Source: Patescibacteria group bacterium
Lineage (GTDB): Bacteria > Patescibacteriota > Patescibacteriia > Patescibacteriales > UBA12465
Assembly: GCA_041649315.1 (NCBI GenBank)
Contig: JBAZNJ010000002.1
Location: 851 to 64,850 of the forward strand
Direction of reading: 5' to 3'
DNA length: 64,000 bases
Each line of letters starts with the position of its first letter. Positions within the stretch are counted from its first letter, which is position 1. The notes beneath the pieces are model-generated. The model searched no databases. It saw only the letters and a list, made by a program, of their open reading frames with translations, and was not told where the DNA came from. Shown here piece by piece: positions 8,774 to 19,170 of this stretch. The position numbers and the translations under genes were made by a program.

Positions 8774-11602
8774 ATGAAACTTTTTAAAATTTTTGGCGAT
8801 CCGAACGAAAAAATCATTAAAGCCATGCAACCGACAGTTGATAAGATCGGTAGTTTCGAGCCGTCTTTACAGAAATTAAACTCAGAAGAGTTAAAAGCGA
8901 AAACTGCAGAATTTAAAGCTCGTTTAGCTAAAGGCGAAACGCTTGACGATCTTTTGCCGGAAGCTTTCGCCGTTGTTCGGGAAGCGGCGCGTCGAGTTTT
9001 AAATCAGCGGCATTTTGATGTCCAGCTTATTGGCGGTATTGTCTTGCATCGCGGCCAGATTGCCGAAATGAAGACCGGTGAAGGAAAAACTTTGGTTGCG
9101 ACTTTACCTTTATATTTGAATGCTTTAGCCGGAAAGGGTGTCCATCTGATTACGGTTAATGATTATTTGTCGCGTTTGGGCGCCGGTTGGATGGCGCCGG
9201 TTTTTCATACTTTAGGTCTGACGACCGGTGTTATTGTCCATGAAAACGCCTATGCTTATGATCCGGATTATATTGATGAGGACCAATATGATGATCGTTT
9301 GAAGCATTTTAAACGGGTCGCCCGCCGTGAGGCCTATTATTGCGATATTACTTATGGGACGAATAATGAATTTGGTTTTGATTATCTGCGCGATAATATG
9401 GTTTTTACTTTAGAACAGACCGTGCAAAGGCCTCTTCATTACGCGATTGTTGATGAAATTGATTCTATCTTGATTGATGAAGCCCGGACGCCTTTGATAA
9501 TTTCCGCGCCAGCCGAAGAATCAACTGATAAATATTTTAAGTTTGCCCAGATCGTTGAGCGCCTGGAAGAAAATGAAGATTATAATGTTGATGAGAAGAT
9601 GCGGGCGGCGACTTTGACTGAAAACGGAATTGCGAAAGTCGAGAAGATTTTAGGCCTCGGCAATATTTATGTCGAAGGCGGTGTGCGCGAAGTCCATCAT
9701 TTAGAGCAGGCCCTGAAAGCGCGCGTCTTATTCAAGCGCGACAAAGATTACGTAGTTAAAGATGGAGAAATAATTATTGTCGATGAATTTACCGGCCGCA
9801 TGATGCCGGGTCGGCGCTATAGCGAGGGTTTACATCAAGCGATTGAAGCTAAAGAGGGCGTTAAGGTTCAGAAAGAATCCCGGACCATGGCGACGATAAC
9901 TTTTCAAAATCTGTTCCGCATGTATGAAAAATTATCCGGTATGACCGGAACAGCCATAACCGAGGCGGAAGAATTCCATAAGATTTATAATTTAGAAACA
10001 ATTGTTATTCCGACCAATCGCCCGAATATCCGACGGGACGGAAATGACCTTATTTATCGGACGGAAATGGATAAATTCCAGGCGGTAATCCGCGATATTA
10101 AAGAGCGGAGCCAAAAGGGCCAGCCGGTTTTAGTCGGTACGATTTCAATTGAAAAAAATGAAATTTTAGCGGAGATGATGGAGCGGGAAGGATTAAGGCC
10201 GCAGATGCTTAACGCTAAGAATCACCAAAAAGAAGCGGAAATCATCGCTCAGGCCGGTCGGCCCGGCGCCGTAACTTTAGCGACTAACATGGCCGGTCGC
10301 GGTGTAGATATTATTTTGGGCGGCAATCCGCCGATTGCCGAGGAGCAGGAAAAAGTTAAAGAATGCGGCGGCCTCCATGTTATCGGCACCGAGCGCCATG
10401 AATCGCGGCGAATTGATAACCAGTTGCGTGGCCGGGCCGGTCGTCAGGGCGATCCTGGTTCCTCGCAGTTTTACGTTTCAACCGAAGATGATTTGATGCG
10501 GATTTTTGGCGGTGATCGGATGAAAAATTTAATGAAGACCCTAAACGTTCCGGCGGATATGCCGATTCAGAATAAATTGATTTCTAATTCGATTGAAAGC
10601 GCCCAGAAAAAAGTGGAAGGGAATAATTTTGATATCCGGAAGCATTTAGTTGAATATGATGATGTAATCAACAAGCATCGGACTGCGATTTATAAACGGC
10701 GGCGCGAGATTATTGAAATTGCTGAAAGAACAAGCCGTGTGATAGCAGAAAAATCCGTCGAAGCAATCGCAGAGGATCTGAAAGAAGAAACCGGTGAAGC
10801 CGTAATACCAAGAAATCAGGCGGTCGGCGGGACGGAAGCGGGAATGTCCGAAGAAGAAAAGAAAAACAAAACTTTAAGCGAAATCATTTTAGCCATGATT
10901 CAAGGTGAAATTTTTAGCGTTGTTAATTTTCATACCGCCGCGGAAAATCTAGCGGATTGGAATCTAAAAGAAATTAATGAAACGATGCGCACGATTTGGC
11001 CGGCCGGAGATGAGATTTTGGCTAAGCTAAAAGAGTTAGCGGCCGCGGATAAGAATAAAGAAATTATCCGTGAAGAAATTATTGTTTATCTTAACGCGGA
11101 GGCGGAGGCAAGGTATAAGGTTTTAGCCGAGGGCTTTAAAAATGTAAATTTAAAATTTCCCGAAGTAGAGAAGGGAATTCTAATCCGTTCAATTGATGAA
11201 ATGTGGGTTGAACATTTAGAAACTATTGATTATCTCCGACGCGGCATCGGCTTGCGCGGCTATGGCCAGCGCGATCCGCTCGTTGAATATAAGAAAGAAG
11301 CTTATCAGATGTATCAGGAGCTTAACGGTTTAATCCAAAAACAAGTCGCCTATTCAATTTTCAAGACCGGCGACGCCTTAATGATGGCGGCGGAAGCGGA
11401 AGCGAAAAAATTCGCAGCCGCGCCTGCGGCAAAATTAGAGTTTTCTGGTGCAGCCAAGGAAATGCAGAAGCAAGCCGGCGCGCGCAATTCGCTTAATTTT
11501 GTCCATGAAAAAGTTAAAGACGAAAGCGGCGAGAAAGTCGGTCGCAATGACCCGTGCCCCTGCGGTTCGGGTTTGAAATATAAAAAGTGTTGCGGGAAAT
11601 AG
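8774..11602 (+). CDS. secA: Preprotein translocase ATPase SecA
   Basis: 942 aa with Walker [15 protein letters not shown], a DEAD-like [18 protein letters not shown] box, and a C-terminal zinc motif [14 protein letters not shown]. Confidence 0.97.
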   Translation: MKLFKIFGDPNEKIIKAMQPTVDKIGSFEPSLQKLNSEELKAKTAEFKARLAKGETLDDLLPEAFAVVREAARRVLNQRHFDVQLIGGIVLHRGQIAEMKTGEGKTLVATLPLYLNALAGKGVHLITVNDYLSRLGAGWMAPVFHTLGLTTGVIVHENAYAYDPDYIDEDQYDDRLKHFKRVARREAYYCDITYGTNNEFGFDYLRDNMVFTLEQTVQRPLHYAIVDEIDSILIDEARTPLIISAPAEESTDKYFKFAQIVERLEENEDYNVDEKMRAATLTENGIAKVEKILGLGNIYVEGGVREVHHLEQALKARVLFKRDKDYVVKDGEIIIVDEFTGRMMPGRRYSEGLHQAIEAKEGVKVQKESRTMATITFQNLFRMYEKLSGMTGTAITEAEEFHKIYNLETIVIPTNRPNIRRDGNDLIYRTEMDKFQAVIRDIKERSQKGQPVLVGTISIEKNEILAEMMEREGLRPQMLNAKNHQKEAEIIAQAGRPGAVTLATNMAGRGVDIILGGNPPIAEEQEKVKECGGLHVIGTERHESRRIDNQLRGRAGRQGDPGSSQFYVSTEDDLMRIFGGDRMKNLMKTLNVPADMPIQNKLISNSIESAQKKVEGNNFDIRKHLVEYDDVINKHRTAIYKRRREIIEIAERTSRVIAEKSVEAIAEDLKEETGEAVIPRNQAVGGTEAGMSEEEKKNKTLSEIILAMIQGEIFSVVNFHTAAENLADWNLKEINETMRTIWPAGDEILAKLKELAAADKNKEIIREEIIVYLNAEAEARYKVLAEGFKNVNLKFPEVEKGILIRSIDEMWVEHLETIDYLRRGIGLRGYGQRDPLVEYKKEAYQMYQELNGLIQKQVAYSIFKTGDALMMAAEAEAKKFAAAPAAKLEFSGAAKEMQKQAGARNSLNFVHEKVKDESGEKVGRNDPCPCGSGLKYKKCCGK

Positions 11603-11733
11603 ATTATAAAAATTTCAGGCAGTAATTTTATAAAAATTTTATAACTATTTTATTCATACTTAGGACATTGTTTAAGTTCAGCTAAATAGTAAAAAAGCCG
11701 GTAAACAGGTCTTAAAACGATGATTTTTGCTCT

Positions 11734-11762
11734 TTGACAGGAGTGCGCAGGGGAGTTAAAAT
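11734..11762 (+). promoter_or_regulatory. Sigma-70-type promoter candidate (TTGACA-17 nt-TAAAAT) upstream of the Bro-N fragment
   Basis: ttgaca at 11734-11739, a 17-nt spacer, and taaaat at 11757-11762; 36 nt upstream of the ATG at 11798. Confidence 0.45.
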
Positions 11763-11797
11763 TAGGTAGTTAGCTACTTAATTTTAATTTAAAATAT

Positions 11798-12124
11798 ATG
11801 AGAACAAACAAGGAAGAGAAAAACTTGAATAGTATCGCGTTGTTCAAAGGACAAAAAATCAGACGCATCATTTTTCGGAAAGAATGGTGGTTTTCGGTGG
11901 TGGATATTTGTGGCGCTTTAACCGATAGCCCAGACCCTGGGGCTTATTGGAGAAAGTTGAAACAAAGATTAAGCGAAGAGGGTGATGAAGCCGTGACATT
12001 TTGTCACGGGTTGAAATTAATGGCTGAAGACGGAAAAATGCGTGAAACCGATTGTGCCAATACTGAAGGATTATTCCGCATCATTCAATCTATCCCTTCG
12101 CCAAAAGCCGAACCACATTTTTAA
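11798..12124 (+). pseudogene. Truncated Bro-N-domain (phage antirepressor-like) gene fragment
   Basis: 108 aa. ...WWFSVVDICGALTDSPDPGAYWRKLKQRLSEEGDEAVTFCHGLKLMAEDGKMRETDCANTEGLFRIIQSIPSPKAEP then stops. As I recall the family, full-length members continue ~150 aa past the PSPKAEP block. No continuation is found in any frame downstream. Confidence 0.6.
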
Positions 12125-12256
12125 GAGTAAGTTTTTACCAGATGGGAGAAAGGATTTTGAATAGCATAGGTCGTGACATTTTGTCACGGACTGGAGAGAA
12201 AATGAGATGGTTATAAAGTATAACTAATCAAAATTTATAATCAAGTAGTTGTGTTT

Positions 12257-12895
12257 ATGAAAAAATCCAAAAATAAAAATCAAAACCGTCTCCGTGATTC
12301 TTATCACCAAATCGCTAACTTCATCTATGAAACCGGTATCCATAGTAAAACGCCACGCTCCGGCTTGTGGTTCCTAGGCAGCGGCCAGCAATCCGTGGCC
12401 GAACATTTATTTCGGACGGCGCTAATTGCTTATGCGCTTACTTATCTTGCCCCAAAAGCGGATAAGGGCAAGGTAATTTTAATGGCGCTTATTCATGATA
12501 TTGGTGAAGGCCGGACTTCGGACCATAATTATGTCCATCAGCGCTATGGCCGATTGGCTGAAGCTAATGCCGTTGATGATATCGCCGACAGCGTGCCTTT
12601 CGGTTCGGAAATTGCTGCGCTTTTTAGGGAAGAACAGACACAAAAAACTTTGGAGGCGAAATTAGTCAAAGATGCTGACCGACTGGAATGGATTGCGACT
12701 TTGCGCGGCGAGGAAGGAAAAGGTAATTTAAAAGCGCGCGCCTGGATCAAAATCGCGATGCGCCGTTTAAAAACCGCGCCCGGCAAGGCCTTGGGCCAGG
12801 CCCTATTAAAAAACAATCCGGACGACTGGTGGTTTGATATTAAAGATTCTTGGTTCGTTGACCGGAAAGAAAAAAATAAAAAATGGAAAAGTTAA
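12257..12895 (+). CDS. HD-domain phosphohydrolase (YfbR-like 5'-deoxynucleotidase family)
   Basis: SVAEHLFRTALIAY...LIHDIGEGRTSD (H...HD...D metal ligands). The ATG at 12257 is preferred over the GTG at 12251. Confidence 0.7.
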   Translation: MKKSKNKNQNRLRDSYHQIANFIYETGIHSKTPRSGLWFLGSGQQSVAEHLFRTALIAYALTYLAPKADKGKVILMALIHDIGEGRTSDHNYVHQRYGRLAEANAVDDIADSVPFGSEIAALFREEQTQKTLEAKLVKDADRLEWIATLRGEEGKGNLKARAWIKIAMRRLKTAPGKALGQALLKNNPDDWWFDIKDSWFVDRKEKNKKWKS

Positions 12896-12947
12896 GAGGA
12901 ATTTGATTTTTTATTATTTTTAAAAAATTAAAGATTAAAATAATATA

Positions 12948-13859
12948 ATGAAAGTATCGGTTATCATGCCAGTTTATAACGGCAAAAAGTATTTATTTAA
13001 ATATGCTATTCCTTCTTTAATAAAGCAGGTTTATAAGAATTGGGAGGCGATTATTATTGATGATGGGTCGAACGACGGGGTTTGGCTGGAAATTGAGAAA
13101 TTATGTCGGGAGGATAGCCGTTTCCGATGCTTCAGATTTAGTGAAAATCGTGGCCTGGGCGCGGCTTTGAATTTTGCCATTAAACACAGTATCGGAGAAA
13201 TAATTACTTTTTTAGAGCAGGATGATGTTTGGTTGTCGGATAAATTATCAGTACAGGTGGAAGAAATCCGTCATGGCCGCCAGTATACTAATTGTTTTGG
13301 ACTTATTTATTATCCGAATAAGGGAGGTAAATTTTTTGGAGTAAAAAATAATTTTTCTACCTTAGCATTTAATCGGAAGTTAATTGAACGCTTTTTGCCG
13401 TTTCCGGAGGATCCGAGGATTACTGGCGTAGAGGATATTTGGGCTATTGTGTATTTGTCAGTAAATAAGCAAGAACTTTCTTTAAATGAAAAAGATTTTT
13501 TATACGAATTATATCCTTTAGTAATTATTTTATATCACGACGATTCTTTGTCTAGGAGTATTAATTTTCGTCGTATCGCCGCTCGTTATAGAGCTTTAAT
13601 GAATAATTTTTGTCCTTATTGTTTTCGCCCAGAATTAATTTGTCATTTTAAGGTCTGGCGGCGGCATCTTTTTTTCAATCGGATTGCCGCCTTGATTCCA
13701 CGGCCGATAATTATTCCATTTGTAAAATTGTATCGGCATTTTGATTATAAACATAAATATAAGAATTCTATTAATTTTAAAGAAGTGGTTAATAAATATC
13801 CAAGTAGAATCCAAGAAGCGGCTGATTTTATGAAAGTGATTGAGGATAGTAATAAGTAA
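12948..13859 (+). CDS. Glycosyltransferase family 2
   Basis: MKVSVIMPVYNGKKYL...IIIDDGSNDG...FLEQDD (DxD) is the classic GT-A N-terminal signature. Confidence 0.8.
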   Translation: MKVSVIMPVYNGKKYLFKYAIPSLIKQVYKNWEAIIIDDGSNDGVWLEIEKLCREDSRFRCFRFSENRGLGAALNFAIKHSIGEIITFLEQDDVWLSDKLSVQVEEIRHGRQYTNCFGLIYYPNKGGKFFGVKNNFSTLAFNRKLIERFLPFPEDPRITGVEDIWAIVYLSVNKQELSLNEKDFLYELYPLVIILYHDDSLSRSINFRRIAARYRALMNNFCPYCFRPELICHFKVWRRHLFFNRIAALIPRPIIIPFVKLYRHFDYKHKYKNSINFKEVVNKYPSRIQEAADFMKVIEDSNK

Positions 13860-13881
13860 TAAATTAAATTTCACATATTCC

Positions 13882-14745
13882 ATGAATAATAATTTCTCTA
13901 AAATTTTAATTACCAATCCGGAGCGCTTGGCTGAAGTCAAGGCCGTGATTCGGCGTGACAGCGTCGATAAACTGCAGGTAATTTCCGATTTTGATCGGAC
14001 TTTGACGACTTGTTTTGTTGATGGTGAAAAGGTTGTTTCGCTGATTGCGGTTTTGCGCGATGAAAAATATCTGACGCCGGATTATCCGGCCAAGGCGCAG
14101 GCGCTGTTTGATCATTATCATCCTTTAGAAATTGATCCGACAATTCCTTTAGAGAAAAAGAAAGAATTAATGCATGAGTGGTGGAGCGCCCACTATAAAT
14201 TATTAATTGCGTCCGGCTTGACGCGGGATGATCTAAAACAAGCCGCGCAATCGGAAAGAATTTTCTTCCGGCCCGGAGCTTTGGAATTTCTTGACTACTT
14301 GGCGACCCGGGAGATTCCGCTTTTAATCTTTTCTTCTTCCGGCTTAGGCGCGGAGAATATTGATTTTTATTTAGAAAGATTTGATAAAAAATTACCGAAT
14401 ATCCGGGTAATTTCCAATACTTTGCTTTGGGACGAAAATGGCCGCGCCAGCGGCGTCCAGGAACCGCTCATCCATACTTTTAACAAAGATTTTTCCGTAG
14501 TTAAAAATTCGCCGTTTTATGCTAAAATAAAAGAGCGCAAAAATATTATTTTATTGGGCGATAGTTTGGGCGACGCGGCCATGGCTGATGGGGCGGGGGC
14601 GGAAAATATTATCAAGATTGGATTTTTAAACGAGAATATTGATAAAGATTTAACCGCTTACCAGGAAAAATATGACATTGTCATCACGGCCGACGGCCCT
14701 TTGGATTATGTTAATTCTTTATTAAAGGAGATAGCGGGAGATTAA
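13882..14745 (+). CDS. HAD-superfamily pyrimidine 5'-nucleotidase, UMPH-1 / cytosolic 5'-nucleotidase III-like
   Basis: Motif I ISDFDRTLT, motif II FSSSGLG, motif IV LLGDSLGDAAMADG (compare GDSxGDLxMADG of the UMPH-1 family). The ATG at 13882 is preferred because the ORF-track start at 13840 overlaps the preceding gene. Confidence 0.65.
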   Translation: MNNNFSKILITNPERLAEVKAVIRRDSVDKLQVISDFDRTLTTCFVDGEKVVSLIAVLRDEKYLTPDYPAKAQALFDHYHPLEIDPTIPLEKKKELMHEWWSAHYKLLIASGLTRDDLKQAAQSERIFFRPGALEFLDYLATREIPLLIFSSSGLGAENIDFYLERFDKKLPNIRVISNTLLWDENGRASGVQEPLIHTFNKDFSVVKNSPFYAKIKERKNIILLGDSLGDAAMADGAGAENIIKIGFLNENIDKDLTAYQEKYDIVITADGPLDYVNSLLKEIAGD

Positions 14746-14756
14746 AAAATTATTTT

Positions 14757-14880
14757 TAAAATTTCTAATATCAAATTTACAATTTCTAATCAATAACAAA
14801 ATCATAATTTCTAATTTTGACATTTGTATTTTGTAATTTAGATTTAATTGGTAATTTTGATTTTGAAATTAGAAATTAAT
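14757..14880 (+). repeat. AT-rich imperfect-palindrome intergenic element, copy 1 (short form)
   Basis: Shares the core aatcaataacaaaatcNtaatttctaattttgRcatttg and flanking aatttctaa / ttagaaatt arms with 22521-22720 (same orientation) and 30123-30330 (inverted). About four-fifths identical to copy 2 by hand alignment. Confidence 0.8.
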
Positions 14881-14886
14881 AATAAT

Positions 14887-15273
14887 ATGCCTTGGGAAAA
14901 AGAAAATATGTCATTTTCCGGCGGTGGCGAAAGCGAGGTAGAGGAACGCCGCAAATCAAGCCGTGAATATTATGATGATGAGGCCGCCGTGGAGGATTTT
15001 GTTGATGCGCCGCTTGATCCGTATCAAGAAAATTTAACGGACGAACGGGCGCGCCAAGAGGCGGATAAAGCAATTAAGCGCCAAGTGGATGCGGTGCGGG
15101 CGGAGAAGGAGGCCCAGGAAGCTCGGGAAGCGGCGGAAAAGAAGGATCGCGAGTATCGTCGTTTGGCGCGCGAATATACTAGAAAAATAATTAATGAAAT
15201 TGAGAGCAAGGAACCGTCTTTGCGCAAGCAAGAAGATAATAGAAAAGACAATAAAGAAGGGAATAGAGAATAA
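14887..15273 (+). CDS. Hypothetical highly charged (E/K/R-rich) protein, probably disordered/coiled coil
   Basis: ATG at 14887 (MPWEKENMSF...), 5 nt upstream of ileS. No recognisable domain. Compositional bias also creates several spurious antisense ORFs here. Confidence 0.45.
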   Translation: MPWEKENMSFSGGGESEVEERRKSSREYYDDEAAVEDFVDAPLDPYQENLTDERARQEADKAIKRQVDAVRAEKEAQEAREAAEKKDREYRRLAREYTRKIINEIESKEPSLRKQEDNRKDNKEGNRE

Positions 15274-15278
15274 TTTTT

Positions 15279-18200
15279 ATGCCGGAAGAAAAAGATAAAA
15301 CGAACAGCAGCTTGTCCTTCCCCCAAATGGAAGAAGAGGTTTTGAAATTCTGGGAAAGGGCCACGGTTTTTAAGAAATCTTTAGATAAGGAAGCGCCGCG
15401 TGGCGACTATGTTTTTTATGACGGTCCGCCTTTCGCGACCGGCACGCCGCATTATGGCCATATCGTCGGCAATATCATGAAAGATATTGTGCCGCGCTAT
15501 CAGACCATGCGCGGCCATCATGTTGATCGGAAATGGGGTTGGGATTGTCACGGTTTGCCGATTGAAAATATCGTTGAGAAAGAGCTTGGTACAAAGACGA
15601 AGAAAGAAATTGAAACGCTCGGCGTCGGGAAATTCAATAATCTTTGCCGGAAGAGTGTTTTGACTTATGTTGAAGAATGGAAAAAAGTTATCCGCCGCCT
15701 CGGCCGTTGGGCTGATATGGAGAACTCATATAAGACCATGGACCTTGATTTTATGGATTCTGTCTGGTGGGCGTTTAAACAGTTATGGGATAAGGGCTTG
15801 ATTTATAAGGATCATCGTTCAATGCATATCTGCCCGCGCTGTGAGACGACATTATCGCAGTCGGAAGTGAGTGAGGGTTATCGGGATGTTAAGGATTTGT
15901 CATGTATTGCGAAATTCCGTTTGGAGCCGGGGCAGAAAATTGGCAGTGAATTAGTTGACGCTAACACTTATGTTTTAGCTTGGACAACGACCCCCTGGAC
16001 TTTGATTGGAAATGTGGCGTTGGCGGTCGGGAAGGATATTGAATATGTGAAAGTGAAGTATCCGTTCGGCAACCTTTTAGCTGGTTCGGCTAAAGATTAT
16101 AAGCCGGGCCAACCTATCGAGGCTGATTTAGCTGATCAGCAAGGTGGCGGTATATTCATAGTAGCAAAGGAAAGATTGTCAGGAGTTTTTGTCGACCGTA
16201 GTCCGGAAATAATTTCTACATTCAAAGGCTCGGATTTGCTTGGCTTGAAATATGATCCATTATTCAATTACTACTCCGCCGACCAATCCTTGGCTAAGCG
16301 TGAGAACGGCTGGAAAATTTATGCCGGCGATTTTGTGACGACCGAAGAGGGAACCGGCGTTGTCCATATCGCGCCGGCTTTTGGCGAAGACGATATGAAG
16401 CTCGGCAAGGAAAATAATCTGCCTTTTGTCCAACATGTCGGGATGGACGGCGTTTTTAAATCGGAAGTCAAGGATTTTCCGGGTTTGCATGTTAAACCGA
16501 TTGATGACCATAGCTCGACTGATGTAGAAATCATAAAATATTTGGCGCATCACGGTTTATTGTTTTCAAAGGAAAAATACGAACACAGTTACCCGCATTG
16601 CTGGCGCTGTGATACGCCGCTCATCAATTATGCGACTTCTTCCTGGTTTGTTAATGTTACTAAGATAAAAGATCAGCTTTTAGAAAACGCGAAGGGAATT
16701 AATTGGTCGCCGGATTATCTTAAGGAAGGCCGTTTCGGCAATTGGCTTGAAGGCGCCCGTGACTGGTCGATTTCCCGCCAGCGTTTTTGGGCGAGCGCGA
16801 TTCCGATTTGGGAATGTTCTTGCGGCGAACGCCGAGTTATCGGTAGTGTCAAAGAGCTTGAGGAATTGAGCGGTATAAAAATAGACGATATCCATAAAGA
16901 CAAAGTTGACTCAATTACTTTCCCTTGTCCGAAATGCGGGGATTGGCTGAAACGGGTGCCAGATGTTTTGGATTGCTGGTTTGAATCCGGCTCCATGCCT
17001 TTCGCGCAACTACATTACCCGGCTGAAAACAAAGAAAAGTTTGAGCAGAATTTCCCGGCGGAATTTATCGCCGAAGGCGTAGACCAGACCCGTTGCTGGT
17101 TTTACTATCTCCATGTTATTGCCGGTGGGATTTTTAATAAGCCGTCTTTTAAAAATGTTATCGCTAATGGAATTGTTTTGGCTGAGGACGGCAAAAAGAT
17201 GAGCAAGCGCTTGAATAATTATCCCGATCCTTTGCTGGTGATGGATAAATACGGCTCGGATGCTTTACGCGCTTATTTAAGCGCCGCGCCGGTTATGGCG
17301 GCGGAAAATCTTAATTTTTCCGAAGCCGGTGTCCAGGAATCATTGCGCAAGAATATCATGGTCTTATGGAATGTTTATAAATTTTATGAGATGTTTGCGC
17401 TTGATAATGAGGCGTCAGTCGAGCCGGGAATGGGGAAAAATGTTTTAGATCAATGGATTTTAGCAAAATTTAATTTGTTAATTAAAGAAATTACGACGGC
17501 CATGGAGGATTATAATCTTCCGAAAGCGATGCGGCCGATTACGGAATTTATTGATGAGCTTTCGACTTGGTATCTGCGCCGTTCCCGCGATCGCTTTAAG
17601 TCCGAAGATGAAGCGGATAAACGAGAGGCTTTGGCAACGACTAAATATGTTTTAATGGAACTCGCTAAATTAATGGCGCCCTTTATGCCGTTTATGGCGG
17701 AAACTTTATGGCAGAAAGTAAGCGGATATGATTTGAAGGATGAAAATAAGTCGGTTCATTTAGAAAATTGGCCGGAGGGCGAACATTTATCTTTTCTTGC
17801 CAAGATTTTTAAGGGAGGGAATAAGGAAAAAGAAGTTTTAGATAAGATGGCTTTAGTCCGTCGTATTGCTGAGTTCGGACTAGCGAAGCGAGATGAGGCC
17901 GGTATTAAGATCAGGCAGATGCTTGAAAAATTAACCATTCGGGGCGCGGCCGCGTTGGAAGCGGAATATACTGATTTAATAAAAGATGAATTAAATATCA
18001 AGGGAGTTGAATTTTCTGATTTGACGGCCGAGAATATCAGCGTTGAGCTTGATACGGAAATTACTCCGGAATTAAAATTAGAAGGAACTAAGCGCGAAAT
18101 TATCCGTTTTGTTAATATGCTTCGCAAGGACGCTGGCTTGAATTTGCAGGATCGGGCGGCCGTTTATCTATCCGGCTCGGATGAGGATTTAGCTAAAAAT

Positions 18201-18338
18201 CTTGAAAAAATTAAAGAGGATATTTTACGAGAAACTTTGTCAGTGTCTTTAGAAATCGTGCCGGAAATAGAAATTGAAATTAAAAAAGAAATTAAGGTTG
18301 ATGGTGCTAAGTTGATGTTAGGGATTAAAAAAATATAA
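15279..18338 (+). CDS. ileS: Isoleucyl-tRNA synthetase (type 2 / eukaryote-like sequence type)
   Basis: 1019 aa with YDGPPFATGTPHYGHIVGN (HIGH region in the PPFATG form typical of type-2 IleRS), WDCHGLP, and KMSKRL (KMSKS). Confidence 0.97.
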   Translation: MPEEKDKTNSSLSFPQMEEEVLKFWERATVFKKSLDKEAPRGDYVFYDGPPFATGTPHYGHIVGNIMKDIVPRYQTMRGHHVDRKWGWDCHGLPIENIVEKELGTKTKKEIETLGVGKFNNLCRKSVLTYVEEWKKVIRRLGRWADMENSYKTMDLDFMDSVWWAFKQLWDKGLIYKDHRSMHICPRCETTLSQSEVSEGYRDVKDLSCIAKFRLEPGQKIGSELVDANTYVLAWTTTPWTLIGNVALAVGKDIEYVKVKYPFGNLLAGSAKDYKPGQPIEADLADQQGGGIFIVAKERLSGVFVDRSPEIISTFKGSDLLGLKYDPLFNYYSADQSLAKRENGWKIYAGDFVTTEEGTGVVHIAPAFGEDDMKLGKENNLPFVQHVGMDGVFKSEVKDFPGLHVKPIDDHSSTDVEIIKYLAHHGLLFSKEKYEHSYPHCWRCDTPLINYATSSWFVNVTKIKDQLLENAKGINWSPDYLKEGRFGNWLEGARDWSISRQRFWASAIPIWECSCGERRVIGSVKELEELSGIKIDDIHKDKVDSITFPCPKCGDWLKRVPDVLDCWFESGSMPFAQLHYPAENKEKFEQNFPAEFIAEGVDQTRCWFYYLHVIAGGIFNKPSFKNVIANGIVLAEDGKKMSKRLNNYPDPLLVMDKYGSDALRAYLSAAPVMAAENLNFSEAGVQESLRKNIMVLWNVYKFYEMFALDNEASVEPGMGKNVLDQWILAKFNLLIKEITTAMEDYNLPKAMRPITEFIDELSTWYLRRSRDRFKSEDEADKREALATTKYVLMELAKLMAPFMPFMAETLWQKVSGYDLKDENKSVHLENWPEGEHLSFLAKIFKGGNKEKEVLDKMALVRRIAEFGLAKRDEAGIKIRQMLEKLTIRGAAALEAEYTDLIKDELNIKGVEFSDLTAENISVELDTEITPELKLEGTKREIIRFVNMLRKDAGLNLQDRAAVYLSGSDEDLAKNLEKIKEDILRETLSVSLEIVPEIEIEIKKEIKVDGAKLMLGIKKI

Positions 18339-18375
18339 TAAAAAGCCGAGCTATCGGCTGTAATAAATAAAATAT

Positions 18376-19140
18376 ATGGGAGGAACAATTACATTTTTAA
18401 TCATCGTCGGGATTTTAATCCTGTCAATGCTTAAGCAGATTAATCAATACGAACGCGGCGTGAAATTCACGATGGGCAAATATAGCGGGATTATGGAGCC
18501 GGGTTGGAAAATCTTGATTCCAATTTTTCAGACTTTTAAGAAAGTCGATATGCGGATTAAGGCGGTTGACGTGCCGGATCAAAAAGCGATTACCCGCGAT
18601 AATGTGCCGGTAATGGTTAACGCCGTGATTTATTATAAAGTTTCCGCGGCCGAAAAAGCGGTCATTGAAGTTGAGAATTTTTATTACGCCATTTCCCAAT
18701 ATGCCCAGACCACGATGCGTAATATTGTCGGCGAAGCGACGCTTGATGAATTACTCGGCCAGCGGGAAAAAATTGCTGAACGGATTCGAGAAATCGTGGA
18801 TAAAGAAACCGACGCCTGGGGCCTGAAAGTAAATAATGTTGAATTAAAAGATGTTTCTTTGCCGGAATCAATGGAGCGCACGATCGCTAAGCAGGCCGAG
18901 GCCGAGCGCGAAAAGCGGGCGGTGATTATTAATTCCGAAGGGGAACTCGCGGCGGCGGAAAATATCGCCCGGGCCGCGGAAATTTTATCCCGTTCCGACG
19001 GGGCCTTGCATTTAAGGACCTTGCAATCGATCAATGATATTTCTAGCGACCAATCCAATACTATCGTTTTTGCGACGCCGGTGGAAATTCTTAAATCTTT
19101 TACTAGTTTTAAAAAGGGAGCGGGCGATAAGGTTGAATAA
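18376..19140 (+). CDS. SPFH/band-7 (stomatin-prohibitin-like) membrane protein
   Basis: N-terminal TM segment, then ...YERGVKFTMGKY...PDQKAITRDNVPVMVNAVIYYKV...AEAEREKRA, typical of stomatin/QmcA-like proteins. Confidence 0.85.
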   Translation: MGGTITFLIIVGILILSMLKQINQYERGVKFTMGKYSGIMEPGWKILIPIFQTFKKVDMRIKAVDVPDQKAITRDNVPVMVNAVIYYKVSAAEKAVIEVENFYYAISQYAQTTMRNIVGEATLDELLGQREKIAERIREIVDKETDAWGLKVNNVELKDVSLPESMERTIAKQAEAEREKRAVIINSEGELAAAENIARAAEILSRSDGALHLRTLQSINDISSDQSNTIVFATPVEILKSFTSFKKGAGDKVE

Positions 19141-19170
19141 AAAGGTTGAATAAAATTAAGAAATAATCCT

